Shown: positions 39,461 to 51,388, numbered from the stretch's first letter. The stretch: DNA of 64,000 nt from Silvanigrellaceae bacterium (GCA_049423385.1 JBMSQQ010000006.1:1-64000); one strand, 5' to 3'. Notes: generated from the sequence alone by a model not told the origin. Program-made: numbers and translations.

Positions 39461-40573
39461 CTAGACAAGAACGCCCTCTTCCTGCGAATTCGCGCCATAC
39501 GCTTCGTAAATCGAAGGAAAGGCAGATGCTCCCTGGGTGCCGCGAGTGTGCTTCTTGAGCGCAAATTCCGGCGAACTGGACTGTTCGAGAACACCCAGAA
39601 AATAAAGCCAACGAGCCGCCTCCGGAGACGGAAAATCAAGTGCGCCGGTACGAGCGAGAACAGCCGGTGACAGATTCCAAAATTGCTTTCTTGCCACGTC
39701 CATACGCAAGTAACGATCCCATCGACAAGACATGGTCAAAAGCCCCTGATCGAGCACAGGTGTTCGGCTCTGAATACCTGCTGCAATCAACTCAGGTGAA
39801 AGACGGGACAACGCAGACCGGCCATCGAGCCTCGGTTGAACGGGCCCATAAATGATGTCCGAGTCGACAGAGCAGACCCACGGTGCCGCGGTCTCGCGGT
39901 CAACCTGCTCACCCGGCCCGGGAATTGGCAGATTCAAAAAACTCAAAACTTCATGAGTCAACTTTGCCACGCTTGCCAAACGGGCTGCATGGTTACGGCA
40001 TTCTTTGGGCAGAAGATGAACGCCCAGAACCTTCCGCGGCACGAGCCCGGCTTGTCCGGTCGCAAGCTCAAGCATTTCAAACGTTGGCGCAGACTGAACA
40101 CAATAAATCTCTGGACCATCGGTGTTCCACAACACTTCAAAAGCACCAACCAGCCTTTGAAAAAACACATTCAGCTCGCTGCGCTGACCCTTGGACTGCT
40201 GTTGAGTGGCCGGAACGGTTTCCCACTGTCCGTGCCACGGCTTGGGCATAAGTATCAACGTGCGACGCGCCAAATTGAATGCCGGCCTCAAATCCTGCAT
40301 CAACTTGAGAAGATTCTCCGCAAACAGAAAACCCCACAAATCCAGAACCAACAGCGCGGGCTCGCGACGCTCAACCAGCTTTCTTTCAAGGGCATCAAAA
40401 CTGAAGGCATCAACACGAATGACTTCATCAAGATATGGAGAAGAAAATTCTGTCGCCTTTGCTCCAGGATCAACCTGGATACAAATCTGCAGTTTTCGTG
40501 TGCCGTTGCTCAATTCGTTGACGACAGACTCAACCACTTTCGGAAGCATTCTACCCCAAAAAATGACTCTCAT
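39461..40573 (-). CDS. Hypothetical protein (possibly a degenerate Rossmann-like fold)
   Basis: 370-aa ORF with an ATGA overlap to the glycosyltransferase; no GxxGxxG motif. Confidence 0.6.
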   Translation of the reverse strand: MRVIFWGRMLPKVVESVVNELSNGTRKLQICIQVDPGAKATEFSSPYLDEVIRVDAFSFDALERKLVERREPALLVLDLWGFLFAENLLKLMQDLRPAFNLARRTLILMPKPWHGQWETVPATQQQSKGQRSELNVFFQRLVGAFEVLWNTDGPEIYCVQSAPTFEMLELATGQAGLVPRKVLGVHLLPKECRNHAARLASVAKLTHEVLSFLNLPIPGPGEQVDRETAAPWVCSVDSDIIYGPVQPRLDGRSALSRLSPELIAAGIQSRTPVLDQGLLTMSCRWDRYLRMDVARKQFWNLSPAVLARTGALDFPSPEAARWLYFLGVLEQSSSPEFALKKHTRGTQGASAFPSIYEAYGANSQEEGVLV

Positions 40574-42036
40574 TCGGATGCCTCCGCAGTGGTTCCGATC
40601 TTCGTCTGGCTCAGCAAAATTGAAAGCAGGTTGTCAGCCGCGCGTGACCAGCGAAAATCCTGTCCACCTCCGCGCTGACAAATAAACGAACGGGGATGAA
40701 CTGCTGTTTGCATCTCGGCCAGAAACAAGTCCAGACCGCTCTTGTTGCGCAACACGGCGAGCACAGCTTCACGCCAGAGCGTCTGATCATCGGAATCAAT
40801 ACCTTGCCAGAAATTCGGATGAAAAGAATGACCCTTGAAATGACCATCCACTGCGGTTCCACGTCGATAGACGACCGGAAGGCCAGAAAGGGCAGCTTCC
40901 ACCGGTGGAAAACCGAAGCCTTCGGCCTGACTGGGGTGCACAAGCACATCTGCACATCGATACAATTGTGCCAGCATTTCATCGGGAAGCGATTCCACAT
41001 TTAATACAAGCCCGTTGTCGGAACGCGTCACGGTGAATCCGGATTTGCTTTGTTCTGCTAACCTTTGAGCGTCTTGCTTGGCAGATGACTTGCCATTGCG
41101 CTGAGAGCCATCCTCGTCGCCACCAACCCGGATGAAAGAAACACCTTCAGAAAGATCACTGTGCAATTGGTTCACAACATCTTCTGCCAATTCCCAGCCT
41201 TTGTACTTCTGGGCTCGACCAACGCCCACAATCCAGCGGCGCCTGACGAGTGCATCGAGTTCTTCACCCGTCGGTCCTCTCCGCATGGCTCCAGAATCAG
41301 AAGAAATCTCAGCACTTCCTGCAAACAGAATATCTAGAAAAGCACGGCGAGCAGAAAGCAAATCAGCAATCGATCGGTGCCGTGGAAGCGAGCCAAAAAT
41401 GGGTTCGACTCCATTGGGCAAAACATGCACCGGACCGCTCCGACGTGGCGCCAGCTTGGCAAGCCGCTCGGCAGAATCATCCGAGACGGTAAAAACGAAT
41501 GGAAATTTCGTCAGGGTTCTTTTCACCAGCAATGAAAACTGTGTTCGGAAAAGAAAGCTCATCGAACGTGCGTGATCGATTGGAATTGTATCGTGAATGA
41601 CTTGCACCACGTGGTGCCTGAGCGCGCGCGGAAGCAACAGTCCCGTCAAAACCGGACGATCAAAATTGCCCGGTGCAATCCAAAAAAATTGCCCACGCGA
41701 CCACTTGAGAATCCAGCGAAGCACACGGCTGGACCAAAGGTACTGAGGCTTTTCCCACGCCTGTGCAAGCGCGCCAGGGCCGCCACTCCAGAATGAGACA
41801 AGCGAAGGATATTCCTGAATCAACTCGATTGCCCAGCGGGGGGGCTCAGACTTTGAAACAAGCAGAAGCCGAACATTCGCCATTCCGGCATCGGTTTGCA
41901 CTTGCCTCGACACTAGCGACTCGCCAAGTGCACGCGACAGACCAATCACAAAGCGCGCAAGCCCAGAATGCTTGTCGGACGCGGCTGCGCGGATGTCCAT
42001 AACCAACCAAAAAGGACGAACCTCAGTGCTCGCCAT
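40570..42036 (-). CDS. GT4 (GT-B) glycosyltransferase
   Basis: SGLARF, IHDTIP, TVSDDS, LPNGV, VGR..YKG, HPSQAEGFGFPPVEA (EX7E). Confidence 0.88.
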   Translation of the reverse strand: MASTEVRPFWLVMDIRAAASDKHSGLARFVIGLSRALGESLVSRQVQTDAGMANVRLLLVSKSEPPRWAIELIQEYPSLVSFWSGGPGALAQAWEKPQYLWSSRVLRWILKWSRGQFFWIAPGNFDRPVLTGLLLPRALRHHVVQVIHDTIPIDHARSMSFLFRTQFSLLVKRTLTKFPFVFTVSDDSAERLAKLAPRRSGPVHVLPNGVEPIFGSLPRHRSIADLLSARRAFLDILFAGSAEISSDSGAMRRGPTGEELDALVRRRWIVGVGRAQKYKGWELAEDVVNQLHSDLSEGVSFIRVGGDEDGSQRNGKSSAKQDAQRLAEQSKSGFTVTRSDNGLVLNVESLPDEMLAQLYRCADVLVHPSQAEGFGFPPVEAALSGLPVVYRRGTAVDGHFKGHSFHPNFWQGIDSDDQTLWREAVLAVLRNKSGLDLFLAEMQTAVHPRSFICQRGGGQDFRWSRAADNLLSILLSQTKIGTTAEASE

Positions 42037-42052
42037 GCTGAAACTCCAGAAC

Positions 42053-42080
42053 AAAAAAGGGGGGACCATCAGATCCCCCC
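42053..42080 (-). terminator. Terminator of the atp operon
   Basis: Minus strand GGGGGGAT-ctgatg-GTCCCCCC followed by TTTTTT, about 40 bp after the atpC stop. Confidence 0.8.
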
Positions 42081-42121
42081 AAGTGTAGCATGCCGAGCGA
42101 AAAAATAATGCCAATGTCAGT

Positions 42122-42562
42122 TCATCGTCCGGTCGAATGCAATGTTGCAGCTTCGATACGCGCCATCGCCCTGTCCTGAGCAGCCATGGCCTCGTGAACT
42201 TCTTCTGGCGTTCCATTGCCTTCGCCGGTCACAAGACGTGTCCGGGCACGTTCCAACGCACGTTGGGCCCGACCAACATCAATGGAGGCGGCATCCTCTG
42301 CCACGTCGGCAAGCAATGTGACAGTTTTTCCGTCGACCTTGGCAATGCCGCCAGACACCGTCAGAAAAGACGTGACGTTGTTTGTTTCAAAGTAAACAAG
42401 GCCAGTTCCCAACGCACAAACCAAATCGGCGTGCTCTGGCAAAATTCCAAGCACACCTTGTGTGCTTGGAAAGTGAACGGCCGTGCACCCCACTCCTTCA
42501 ACGATTCGACGCGTGGGCGTCAAAACCGTGAGTTGAATCGGATATTGTTGAGTCGATTGCAT
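42122..42562 (-). CDS. atpC: ATP synthase F1 epsilon
   Basis: LTP, GVLGILPEHA, VSGG, C-terminal helical hairpin. Confidence 0.93.
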   Translation of the reverse strand: MQSTQQYPIQLTVLTPTRRIVEGVGCTAVHFPSTQGVLGILPEHADLVCALGTGLVYFETNNVTSFLTVSGGIAKVDGKTVTLLADVAEDAASIDVGRAQRALERARTRLVTGEGNGTPEEVHEAMAAQDRAMARIEAATLHSTGR

Positions 42563-42589
42563 GAATCATTCCTCTCGGTGAAAAGCGAC

Positions 42590-44017
<1,428 letters not shown>

Positions 44018-44030
44018 TTACGGCTGCTCA

Positions 44031-44978
44031 TCAAAGAGCTTCTGCGCCGCTGATAATCTCAATAAGTTCGCGTGTAATTGCTGCCTGGCGAGCACGTTGA
44101 TACGTGATTTGCAGGCGTCGCTCCATGTCTTTGGCATTGCGTGTCGCATTGTCCATTGCGGTCATGCGTGCACCGTGTTCGCTGGCAATTGCTTCAAGCA
44201 TCACCTGATACAAACGAGTCGCAAGATAGCGAGGCAAAACTGCGTCCGCCAATTCGTTCCACGATGGTTCGAGAATGCTCTCTCCGGCAGTGACACCTGC
44301 AGATTCCTTCGAGGACAAGGGCAAAACCTTCTCGCAGACAGGAATCTGTGTCATTGCTGATTGGAATTGATTGTAAACGATGTGGACTTCGCCAACGGCA
44401 CCGGCTCCAAAACCCATCTCAATTGCAGACGCCAATGTTTGCGCAAAATCGAAACTCGGTTTGTCAAACGTCACACCCAACTGAAAAACGCCGCTTTCGT
44501 TCTCTTCAATGATCGTGGAGGGTGAATCCACGAACTTCTGCAGAGGGACGTTCTTGTTGCCCTTGACTCCGCCGGGAAGTGCGCGGCGCGTCAGCACTTG
44601 AAATGCTTTCTTGCCAAGGCACATCACAACGGGCTTTTTGCCTGCGGCTGCAAGTTCCTCGAGAACCCGAAGGGTCGCCTTGACTGTGTTGGTGTTGTAT
44701 CCACCACACAATCCACGCTCGGAAGATACCACGACCAGCAGGACACGCTGATTGTCATTTTGCTTCAAAAGATTGTTTGCAGAGTCCGCATCGCGTCCGC
44801 CCGCAACAAGCTTGATGACAAGCTTTTCAAGTGCACGGGCGTAGGGACGAGCCTGCAGCACATTGTTTTGCGCACGACCGAACTTGGCGGCAGACACCAG
44901 CTTCATCGCCTTGGTGATTTGCTGCGTGTTCTTGACGCTTTTGATGCGCGTACGAAGATCTTTGAGGTTAGCCGGCAT
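44031..44978 (-). CDS. atpG: ATP synthase F1 gamma
   Basis: [38 protein letters not shown] at 44978. Confidence 0.97.
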   Translation of the reverse strand: MPANLKDLRTRIKSVKNTQQITKAMKLVSAAKFGRAQNNVLQARPYARALEKLVIKLVAGGRDADSANNLLKQNDNQRVLLVVVSSERGLCGGYNTNTVKATLRVLEELAAAGKKPVVMCLGKKAFQVLTRRALPGGVKGNKNVPLQKFVDSPSTIIEENESGVFQLGVTFDKPSFDFAQTLASAIEMGFGAGAVGEVHIVYNQFQSAMTQIPVCEKVLPLSSKESAGVTAGESILEPSWNELADAVLPRYLATRLYQVMLEAIASEHGARMTAMDNATRNAKDMERRLQITYQRARQAAITRELIEIISGAEAL

Positions 44979-46488
44979 TAGCGTCGAACCTCTTGGCAAA
45001 TGCCTCAATGCCAGACTTGACCTTGGCCTGAAGCTCGTTGCTCATCTTCTTGCCGTTTGCGATCTCGTCGAGCTCGGCGCGATGGTTGCGATCGAAGTAC
45101 TCAAGCATCTGCGCTTCGAACTTGCCGACATTGCGCACGTCAACTTCATCCATGAAGCCGTTGGTGGCAGCAAAGATAACAAGAATTTGTTTTTCAACAG
45201 CCATCGGGTTGTATTGAGCCTGCTTGAGCAGCTCCATCAAACGCTGACCACGATTCAGCTGACGTTTGGTTACGGCGTCCAAATCGGATCCGAACTGGGC
45301 AAATGCCGCCAATTCACGATACTGCGCAAGCTCAAGGCGCAAGCTGCCGGCAACCTGCTTCATTGCACCGATTTGCGCAGAACCACCCACGCGGGACACC
45401 GACAAACCGGCGTTCACGGCTGGACGCAAACCAGAGTTGAAGAGATCGGCTTCAAGGTAGATCTGGCCATCTGTAATCGAAATCACGTTGGTCGGAATGT
45501 ATGCGGACACGTCGCCCGCTTGGGTTTCGATGATTGGGAATGCCGTCAAGCTGCCAGCTCCAAGCTCATCATTCAATTTGCAAGCACGCTCGAGCAGGCG
45601 GCTGTGCAGATAGAAAACGTCGCCGGGATACGCTTCACGTCCTGGAGGGCGGCGCAACAGAAGTGACAATTCGCGATAAGCCTGGGCGTGCTTGGTCAAG
45701 TCATCATAGAAAATAACCGCATGTTGACCGTTGTCGCGGAAGTACTCGCCCATCGTGCAGCCCGAGTAAGGCGCAAGGAACTGAAGTGGAGCCGGATCCG
45801 ATGCTCCAGCAACTACGATGATGGTGTATTCCAGCGCGCCGGCTCTGCGCAGCTTTTCAACCACCTGGGCAACCGTGGATGCCTTCTGACCAATTGCGAC
45901 GTAAATACAGACGACGCCCTTGCCCTTTTGATTGATGATTGTGTCGAGTGCAACGGCAGTCTTGCCGGTCTGACGGTCACCGATGATCAACTCGCGCTGA
46001 CCGCGACCAATCGGAATCATCGCGTCGATTGATTTCAAACCCGTTTGCAGAGGCTCATGAACGCTCTTGCGTGCCATGATGCCTGGAGCCTTGACTTCAA
46101 CGACAGACGTCGCCTCGGTCTTGATTGGCCCTAATCCGTCCATTGGCTCGCCCATGGCGTTCACAACGCGACCAAGCAACCCACGTCCCACAGGAACGCG
46201 GTTGATCTCAGCAGTGCGCTTCACTGTCATGCCTTCGCGAATCTTGTCTGCTTCTCCGAAGATCGCGACACCGACATTGTCCTCTTCGAGGTTCAACACC
46301 AGTCCCTTGGTTCCATTTTCAAAGGCAACGGTCTCCGAGGTCATGGCCTTGTCCAAGCCGTAAACGCGGGCGATACCATCTGCGACGGACACGACTGTGC
46401 CAGTTTCAGCAACTTCGGCGCCATGGCCGAGTGCCTGGATCTTCTGTTTAAGCAACTGGCTGATCTCATCAATGCGGATCTGTTCCAT
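44968..46488 (-). CDS. atpA: ATP synthase F1 alpha
   Basis: [20 protein letters not shown]. Confidence 0.99.
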   Translation of the reverse strand: MEQIRIDEISQLLKQKIQALGHGAEVAETGTVVSVADGIARVYGLDKAMTSETVAFENGTKGLVLNLEEDNVGVAIFGEADKIREGMTVKRTAEINRVPVGRGLLGRVVNAMGEPMDGLGPIKTEATSVVEVKAPGIMARKSVHEPLQTGLKSIDAMIPIGRGQRELIIGDRQTGKTAVALDTIINQKGKGVVCIYVAIGQKASTVAQVVEKLRRAGALEYTIIVVAGASDPAPLQFLAPYSGCTMGEYFRDNGQHAVIFYDDLTKHAQAYRELSLLLRRPPGREAYPGDVFYLHSRLLERACKLNDELGAGSLTAFPIIETQAGDVSAYIPTNVISITDGQIYLEADLFNSGLRPAVNAGLSVSRVGGSAQIGAMKQVAGSLRLELAQYRELAAFAQFGSDLDAVTKRQLNRGQRLMELLKQAQYNPMAVEKQILVIFAATNGFMDEVDVRNVGKFEAQMLEYFDRNHRAELDEIANGKKMSNELQAKVKSGIEAFAKRFDANAG

Positions 46489-46491
46489 TCG

Positions 46492-47037
46492 TTAGACTCC
46501 CTGACTCAAAGATTCTTTAAGGTTTGAAAGGCGCGTTTTAAGGCTCGCATCAATTTGGCTTGTACCAATCTTAACAACCATGCCAGCACGCAGTTCCGGA
46601 TCTGTCTCGCATTCGAAAACTACCGTTCTGCCCTGTGCCTGTGACATGGTTTTTTCAAGGTCTGCAATCTCCTGTGCAGACATCGCAGTCGCGGATCGGA
46701 TTTGACCCCGAACTATATTTTTGTGCGCATCAATTTTTTCGAGAACTTTTTGCATCACCAATTTGATGTGTGGCAATCTGTTGTTCTCGGTCATCAAGTT
46801 CAGAGTTCTTGATGTCATCGGGCTCAATTTCATCTTCTCGACAAGTGTATCAACAAGACTCTGCTTCTCCGTCGCGCTCCGCGCAGGACTTGCAAAAAAA
46901 GCCTCGAGTTGGGCGTTGAGAACACCCAACAGAGCTGTCGCTTCACCAACCAGGGTGTCAATTTGTTTCGCTTCCACTGCACTCTCGTACAATGCGGTCG
47001 CATACCTGCGCGCCAATTGTCCCGTGCTGACCTTCAT
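46492..47037 (-). CDS. atpH: ATP synthase F1 delta
   Basis: ARRYATAL, DPELRAG, IDASLK. Confidence 0.93.
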   Translation of the reverse strand: MKVSTGQLARRYATALYESAVEAKQIDTLVGEATALLGVLNAQLEAFFASPARSATEKQSLVDTLVEKMKLSPMTSRTLNLMTENNRLPHIKLVMQKVLEKIDAHKNIVRGQIRSATAMSAQEIADLEKTMSQAQGRTVVFECETDPELRAGMVVKIGTSQIDASLKTRLSNLKESLSQGV

Positions 47038-47058
47038 TCTTTTCTCTCCATTCCTGGC

Positions 47059-48054
47059 TTAGTGAGAATCCGAAACCCGAGCGGCACTTTGCAATCCCTT
47101 CAGCGCAGACTGCCGCAGTGTCGAATCAATTTTATTCAAAACGTCGCCGTTCAATTTTGAATCAAGCGTGGCAACAACCTGATCGAAAATCTCTTGGCGC
47201 AGTTGTTCTTTTCCAGCAGCGATTAACTGTTGTCCAACACGTTCGGCATCACGCAAAAGCTGGTCGGCTACTTGTTTCGCTTCGCTGATGAGTTTGTCGC
47301 GCTGACGCACGCCATCATCGGCATATTCTTTTCTGATGGCATCAATTTCAGACTGGAGATTCCTGATTTTTGCTTCGTATTCATCACTTTTGCGTTGTGC
47401 AATTGTCATCGCCTCGCGTGCTTCAGAAAGCTTTGTGCGGAGTGCGTCACGGCGGTCATCAAGCAATTTGCTGATTCCCTTTTTAGCGAGGAAAGTCAGC
47501 GCTGCCGCGAATACAATGAACTGAAAATAAGGCCAGAGAATTCCGTAGTAGGGATCCACAGCCGTGCCACCCGCAAAAGCCACCGACGACATTGCAACAG
47601 ATGCAACTCCAATGACGATCGAATTCTTAACGAGTCGATTCAATACCGCGTCAGACAATTCAGCTACAATCGAAGGAATCTTGCTGCGCTCCTGGGATAT
47701 TTGCAGCGCTATTTTTTCCTTGGCAGCGTGAAGCCTGGATTTGGCGGTTTCGTGCGCTTCCTGGAGAATGCCCGATGCTTCTGCCTGCCCCGCAAGTACC
47801 TGATTATTCAACATATCCCGAGCTTCAGTCAGGGCGCCTTGTTGAGCATTGGTATACGATTTTTCGAGGCGCTCGAGCTTCGCCTGCAAATCTTTTGCTG
47901 ATTCCTCGGCACCTTGGGTTCTGCGTCGACGCTCAGCCGTGAGGGCCAAAAGCGGCTTTACAAGCAGGGCATGGGTGCTGACCAAAGCCGCAAGGTAGAA
48001 ACCACCTTGCACAACCATTGGAATAAGCTCAGGTTTTAGTTTCAATTCCGACAT
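47059..48054 (-). CDS. atpF: ATP synthase F0 b'-b fusion (two tandem b-type domains, 331 aa)
   Basis: Domain 1: TM + KPLLALTAERRRR coiled coil. Linker IVIGVASVAMSSVAFA-GG. Domain 2: TM + KLLDDRRDALR coiled coil. No stop between them; RBS AAGGGA before ATG 48054. Confidence 0.85.
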   Translation of the reverse strand: MSELKLKPELIPMVVQGGFYLAALVSTHALLVKPLLALTAERRRRTQGAEESAKDLQAKLERLEKSYTNAQQGALTEARDMLNNQVLAGQAEASGILQEAHETAKSRLHAAKEKIALQISQERSKIPSIVAELSDAVLNRLVKNSIVIGVASVAMSSVAFAGGTAVDPYYGILWPYFQFIVFAAALTFLAKKGISKLLDDRRDALRTKLSEAREAMTIAQRKSDEYEAKIRNLQSEIDAIRKEYADDGVRQRDKLISEAKQVADQLLRDAERVGQQLIAAGKEQLRQEIFDQVVATLDSKLNGDVLNKIDSTLRQSALKGLQSAARVSDSH

Positions 48055-48220
48055 TTCAATTCCCTTGTTGTTGGGATCAAACCATGGTGGATCGGCGGCA
48101 CAGGGGCCAATGGCCGGTTTCTTACTGTTTAGTTTATTCACGCGCAAGTGCTCAGAAGACGCAGTTTGAACAATCGTTTTTGCTGGATTTGGCCCGAATT
48201 TTTGGCCATTCCGCCAATCC

Positions 48221-49060
48221 TTAGGCATGATTCTTTTCTGGAAGAAAATACTCAGCAACATTGAGGTGTTCTGCGAGCTGGAGATGTGACTGCAGGGTTG
48301 AACGAGACACCTTGAGGATTCGGCTCGCCTCGGATTGGGTCAGGTTGCGACCATGGAAGACGTAATAAGCGAGCGATGCCTTTAGAACATCGTGAGGATC
48401 GGGCAGTGCTATGATCTTGTCGAAGACGAGCTCCATGGCTGAGGGATTGCCATTTTCGGAGTTTGCAGATTTGGTTAAGTATCCATTTTTTTTCGAATTT
48501 TCAATCTGAACGTATGTCTTTTCGAGTGTTTGGTAGGCCTGAACATCCTCTCCCCGGTAGCCCGCAAGGTAGGCGACTTGCACAACCGCATCGAAAAATC
48601 GCTCGGGGCCGCTGCTCTCAAGGATCTTTTTGAGAAGACTCATTTTCTTACCATCAAAAGCATCAATGTACTTTTCCAACTGAGTGTTTTCCAGGATTTG
48701 AACAACCATGGTTGAAGCGGGTGGCAGGAGTTCAGGGAGTGGTGGAATTTCAAAACAGATCGCTCCGAGACCCGGTTTGGGATGTCCGTAGTGAATGGTA
48801 AGACGCGTCGCTGCGCGGGGCTCGACCGTCTCGCTCCGCACGAGTGTGGATTCGTCCCCAGGGGTTGTGGAGGGGCTTCTCAACTCTGACAATTGCGGCC
48901 TCCGAGAGATGAACCCTTCAATGACCATGTGAACTTCTTTGTCGTGACAGATAACGGCAACGGTGAATCCTGATTTTGCAGCCGCCAGCCATCGTTGACT
49001 TTCCGTCTCAAGGCGGCGTTCGAGGATGCTGACGAGATGTTGATTTATTTGTTCATGCAT
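48221..49060 (-). CDS. Putative DNA-binding protein with a C-terminal Fis-like HTH
   Basis: NLTQSEASRILKVSRSTLQSHL; AGGGAG before ATG 49060. Confidence 0.65.
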   Translation of the reverse strand: MHEQINQHLVSILERRLETESQRWLAAAKSGFTVAVICHDKEVHMVIEGFISRRPQLSELRSPSTTPGDESTLVRSETVEPRAATRLTIHYGHPKPGLGAICFEIPPLPELLPPASTMVVQILENTQLEKYIDAFDGKKMSLLKKILESSGPERFFDAVVQVAYLAGYRGEDVQAYQTLEKTYVQIENSKKNGYLTKSANSENGNPSAMELVFDKIIALPDPHDVLKASLAYYVFHGRNLTQSEASRILKVSRSTLQSHLQLAEHLNVAEYFLPEKNHA

Positions 49061-49175
49061 ATTGGGCTCCCTTCTATTTTCTGAGCCAAGTATGCCTCGA
49101 GCCTCGCGTTTTGCGATGGACATTTCGATCCAGGAACACGACGAAGATTTGCTTGCGATTAGGACATTTTTCGAG

Positions 49176-49191
49176 TGTTTCACGTGGAACA
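49176..49191. promoter_or_regulatory. parS site 1 (ParB binding)
   Basis: TGTTTCACGTGGAACA matches the universal parS palindrome TGTTTCACGTGAAACA. Confidence 0.93.
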
Positions 49192-49212
49192 AAGTTTTGC
49201 ACAACTGATGAG

Positions 49213-49228
49213 CGTTTCACGTGGAACA
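49213..49228. promoter_or_regulatory. parS site 2 (ParB binding)
   Basis: CGTTTCACGTGGAACA, starting 37 bp after site 1. Confidence 0.9.
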
Positions 49229-49390
49229 TCGTCAAGCTTTTGTCCCATCAGAAAACACTGACAAAAATAATTTAAACCACCCTAAAACTTGCGGGCCCGC
49301 TCGTCCCCGATGTAAGAACTACGCCACGAGCAACATGTTCTAATCAATTCATGAGCCGAATGCCAAGTCGGGCGACACGGAGGCAACCAC

Positions 49391-50227
49391 ATGGCAGATG
49401 CAAGAATTATCGCGCTTTCCAATCAAAAAGGCGGAGTCGGAAAAACGACATCGGCTGTCAATATCGCTGCATCACTGGCAGCTGCAGAATACAGGGTACT
49501 TTTGGTTGACTTCGACCCACAAGGCAACGCATCAAGTGCTCTCGGCGTCGAAGCCCGCAACATGAAACCCAGCAGCTATGAAATGCTCATCCAAGAAGCT
49601 GAGCCATCGGACTGCATAGTCAAGACTGAGCTGAGCTGTCTGGACCTAATCCCAGCTAATCAAGAATTGATTGGAGCTGAGATTGAGCTCGTATCAGCAC
49701 TTGGACGCGAGCATAGACTCAAAGACGCCCTCTCTCTTGTAAAACACAACTATGACTTCATTCTGATCGACTGCCCGCCAGCCCTGGGTCTCCTGACAGT
49801 CAATGCGTTGGTGGCGGCACATGGAATTCTAGTCCCCCTACAATGCGAGTATTTTGCCCTCGAGGGACTCTCGCAATTGATGAAAACTGTTGAGCTGGTC
49901 AAAAAATTCCTCAATACAAACCTGGAATTGGAGGGAATTTTGCTGACCATGTTCGACCGCCGCAACAACCTTTCGCACCAAGTTGAAGTCGACGTCCGCG
50001 AACATTTCAAAGAGCTTGTCCTCAGCACGAAAATTCCAAGAAACGTTAAACTCGGTGAGGCGCCCTCTCACGGCAAACCAATTATACTCTATGACATTTC
50101 GAGCCCTGGCGCCCTCGCCTACATGGAAGCTGCCCAGGAGCTCCTTGCCCGAACCCAGCTCAAGAGAACCAAGCCAGCCAGCAATCGGTCGGCCAACACC
50201 AAAAACCAACAAATCGAACATCCATAA
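49391..50227 (+). CDS. parA: Chromosome partitioning ATPase ParA/Soj
   Basis: NQKGGVGKTT, DPQGNAS, DCPPALG, QCEYFALEG, IPRNVKLGEAPSHG. Confidence 0.97.
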   Translation: MADARIIALSNQKGGVGKTTSAVNIAASLAAAEYRVLLVDFDPQGNASSALGVEARNMKPSSYEMLIQEAEPSDCIVKTELSCLDLIPANQELIGAEIELVSALGREHRLKDALSLVKHNYDFILIDCPPALGLLTVNALVAAHGILVPLQCEYFALEGLSQLMKTVELVKKFLNTNLELEGILLTMFDRRNNLSHQVEVDVREHFKELVLSTKIPRNVKLGEAPSHGKPIILYDISSPGALAYMEAAQELLARTQLKRTKPASNRSANTKNQQIEHP

Positions 50228-50242
50228 CCAAGGAGGTCATGT

Positions 50243-51361
50243 ATGCAAAAGAAACCGAACGGACTCGGACGCGGCCTTGGAGCACTTCTCAATCCAGACT
50301 TGGCAAAAGCACCCACAAACAGTCTGGTTGGAAAGATTCCAGCACACATACAAGAACCACTGACCCAGAACTCAAACGAATCGACTCTAAAAGAACAAGA
50401 ACAAGTTAAGGCCGTACTGCCCAAAACGGGCCGCGCCAGCCTGGAGATTCCAACGCCTCCAACACAAAAACCAACTTTGCAGGACCTCAAAACAGCCGAC
50501 CTCGTTGAGCAACAGACCATTGCGGAAACCACCAAACCAAATCCGCAGGCAGTTCTCGAACTCGCACCCACGCAGCTGACTCCCCTGGTGGACCAGCCAC
50601 GTACCGAATTCTACAGCTCAACACTCGATGAACTCGCTGTCAGCATCAAAAGCTATGGCATTCTCCAACCGCTCGTGGTGGCACCGACCTCAACCCCCGG
50701 ACACTTCACAATCATCGCAGGCGAAAGACGTTGGCGAGCAGCACAACTCGCGGGCCTCGAAAAGGTGCCTTGTGTTGTCCGCAAGCCAACCGAGCACAGC
50801 TCACTCGAACTCGCGCTCATCGAGAACATTCAACGTGAAGAACTGAGCCCCCTGGACGAGGCGCGCGCTTTCTCAAGACTGATTGACGAGCACTCCTACA
50901 CACAAGACACGCTGGCTTCCAAAGTTGGAAAAGACAGAGCCACCATCGCGAACAGCATGCGTCTCCTCAGCCTTCCAGTCGAAATTCTGAATGACTTGCA
51001 AGCCAAAGTTTTAACCGCCGGTCATGCACGTGCGCTGTGCTCACTCGATGAGAAAAAAATGCAGCTCAAAGTTCGCGACATGGTCGTTTCAAAGAAACTC
51101 TCGGTCCGGCAAACTGAAGACATAGTAAAGGAACTCAAGAAAGACCGAGACGCAAAAGAGCCTAACACCGTTCCTCAATTGTCACCCGACCTTCGCCATT
51201 TGTGCGACCAATTCAAGGGACATTTGGGAACCAAAGTTCGGATCAGTGGTACAGCAGACCGCGGAAAGATTGAGATCAGTTACTATACGTTTGAGGATCT
51301 GGAACGGATTGCAGAGCTGATGTTGTCGCCTGGCCTGAACCCCAGAAGGCCCATGGCTTGA
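50243..51361 (+). CDS. parB: Chromosome partitioning CTPase ParB
   Basis: LGRGLGALL, QPR, GILQP, AGERRWRA, ALIENIQRE, HTH, GHARAL. Confidence 0.96.
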   Translation: MQKKPNGLGRGLGALLNPDLAKAPTNSLVGKIPAHIQEPLTQNSNESTLKEQEQVKAVLPKTGRASLEIPTPPTQKPTLQDLKTADLVEQQTIAETTKPNPQAVLELAPTQLTPLVDQPRTEFYSSTLDELAVSIKSYGILQPLVVAPTSTPGHFTIIAGERRWRAAQLAGLEKVPCVVRKPTEHSSLELALIENIQREELSPLDEARAFSRLIDEHSYTQDTLASKVGKDRATIANSMRLLSLPVEILNDLQAKVLTAGHARALCSLDEKKMQLKVRDMVVSKKLSVRQTEDIVKELKKDRDAKEPNTVPQLSPDLRHLCDQFKGHLGTKVRISGTADRGKIEISYYTFEDLERIAELMLSPGLNPRRPMA

Positions 51362-51388
51362 ACATTCCGGGACAGCAAATGACACACC

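Noticed and set aside
48055..48261. 69-aa N-terminal extension of the atpF ORF
   Set aside because: Overlaps the upstream gene and promoter region; the RBS and b' homology begin at 48054.
49061..49390. Possible oriC near parS
   Set aside because: I saw no cluster of DnaA boxes or unwinding element, and dnaA/dnaN are not in the window.
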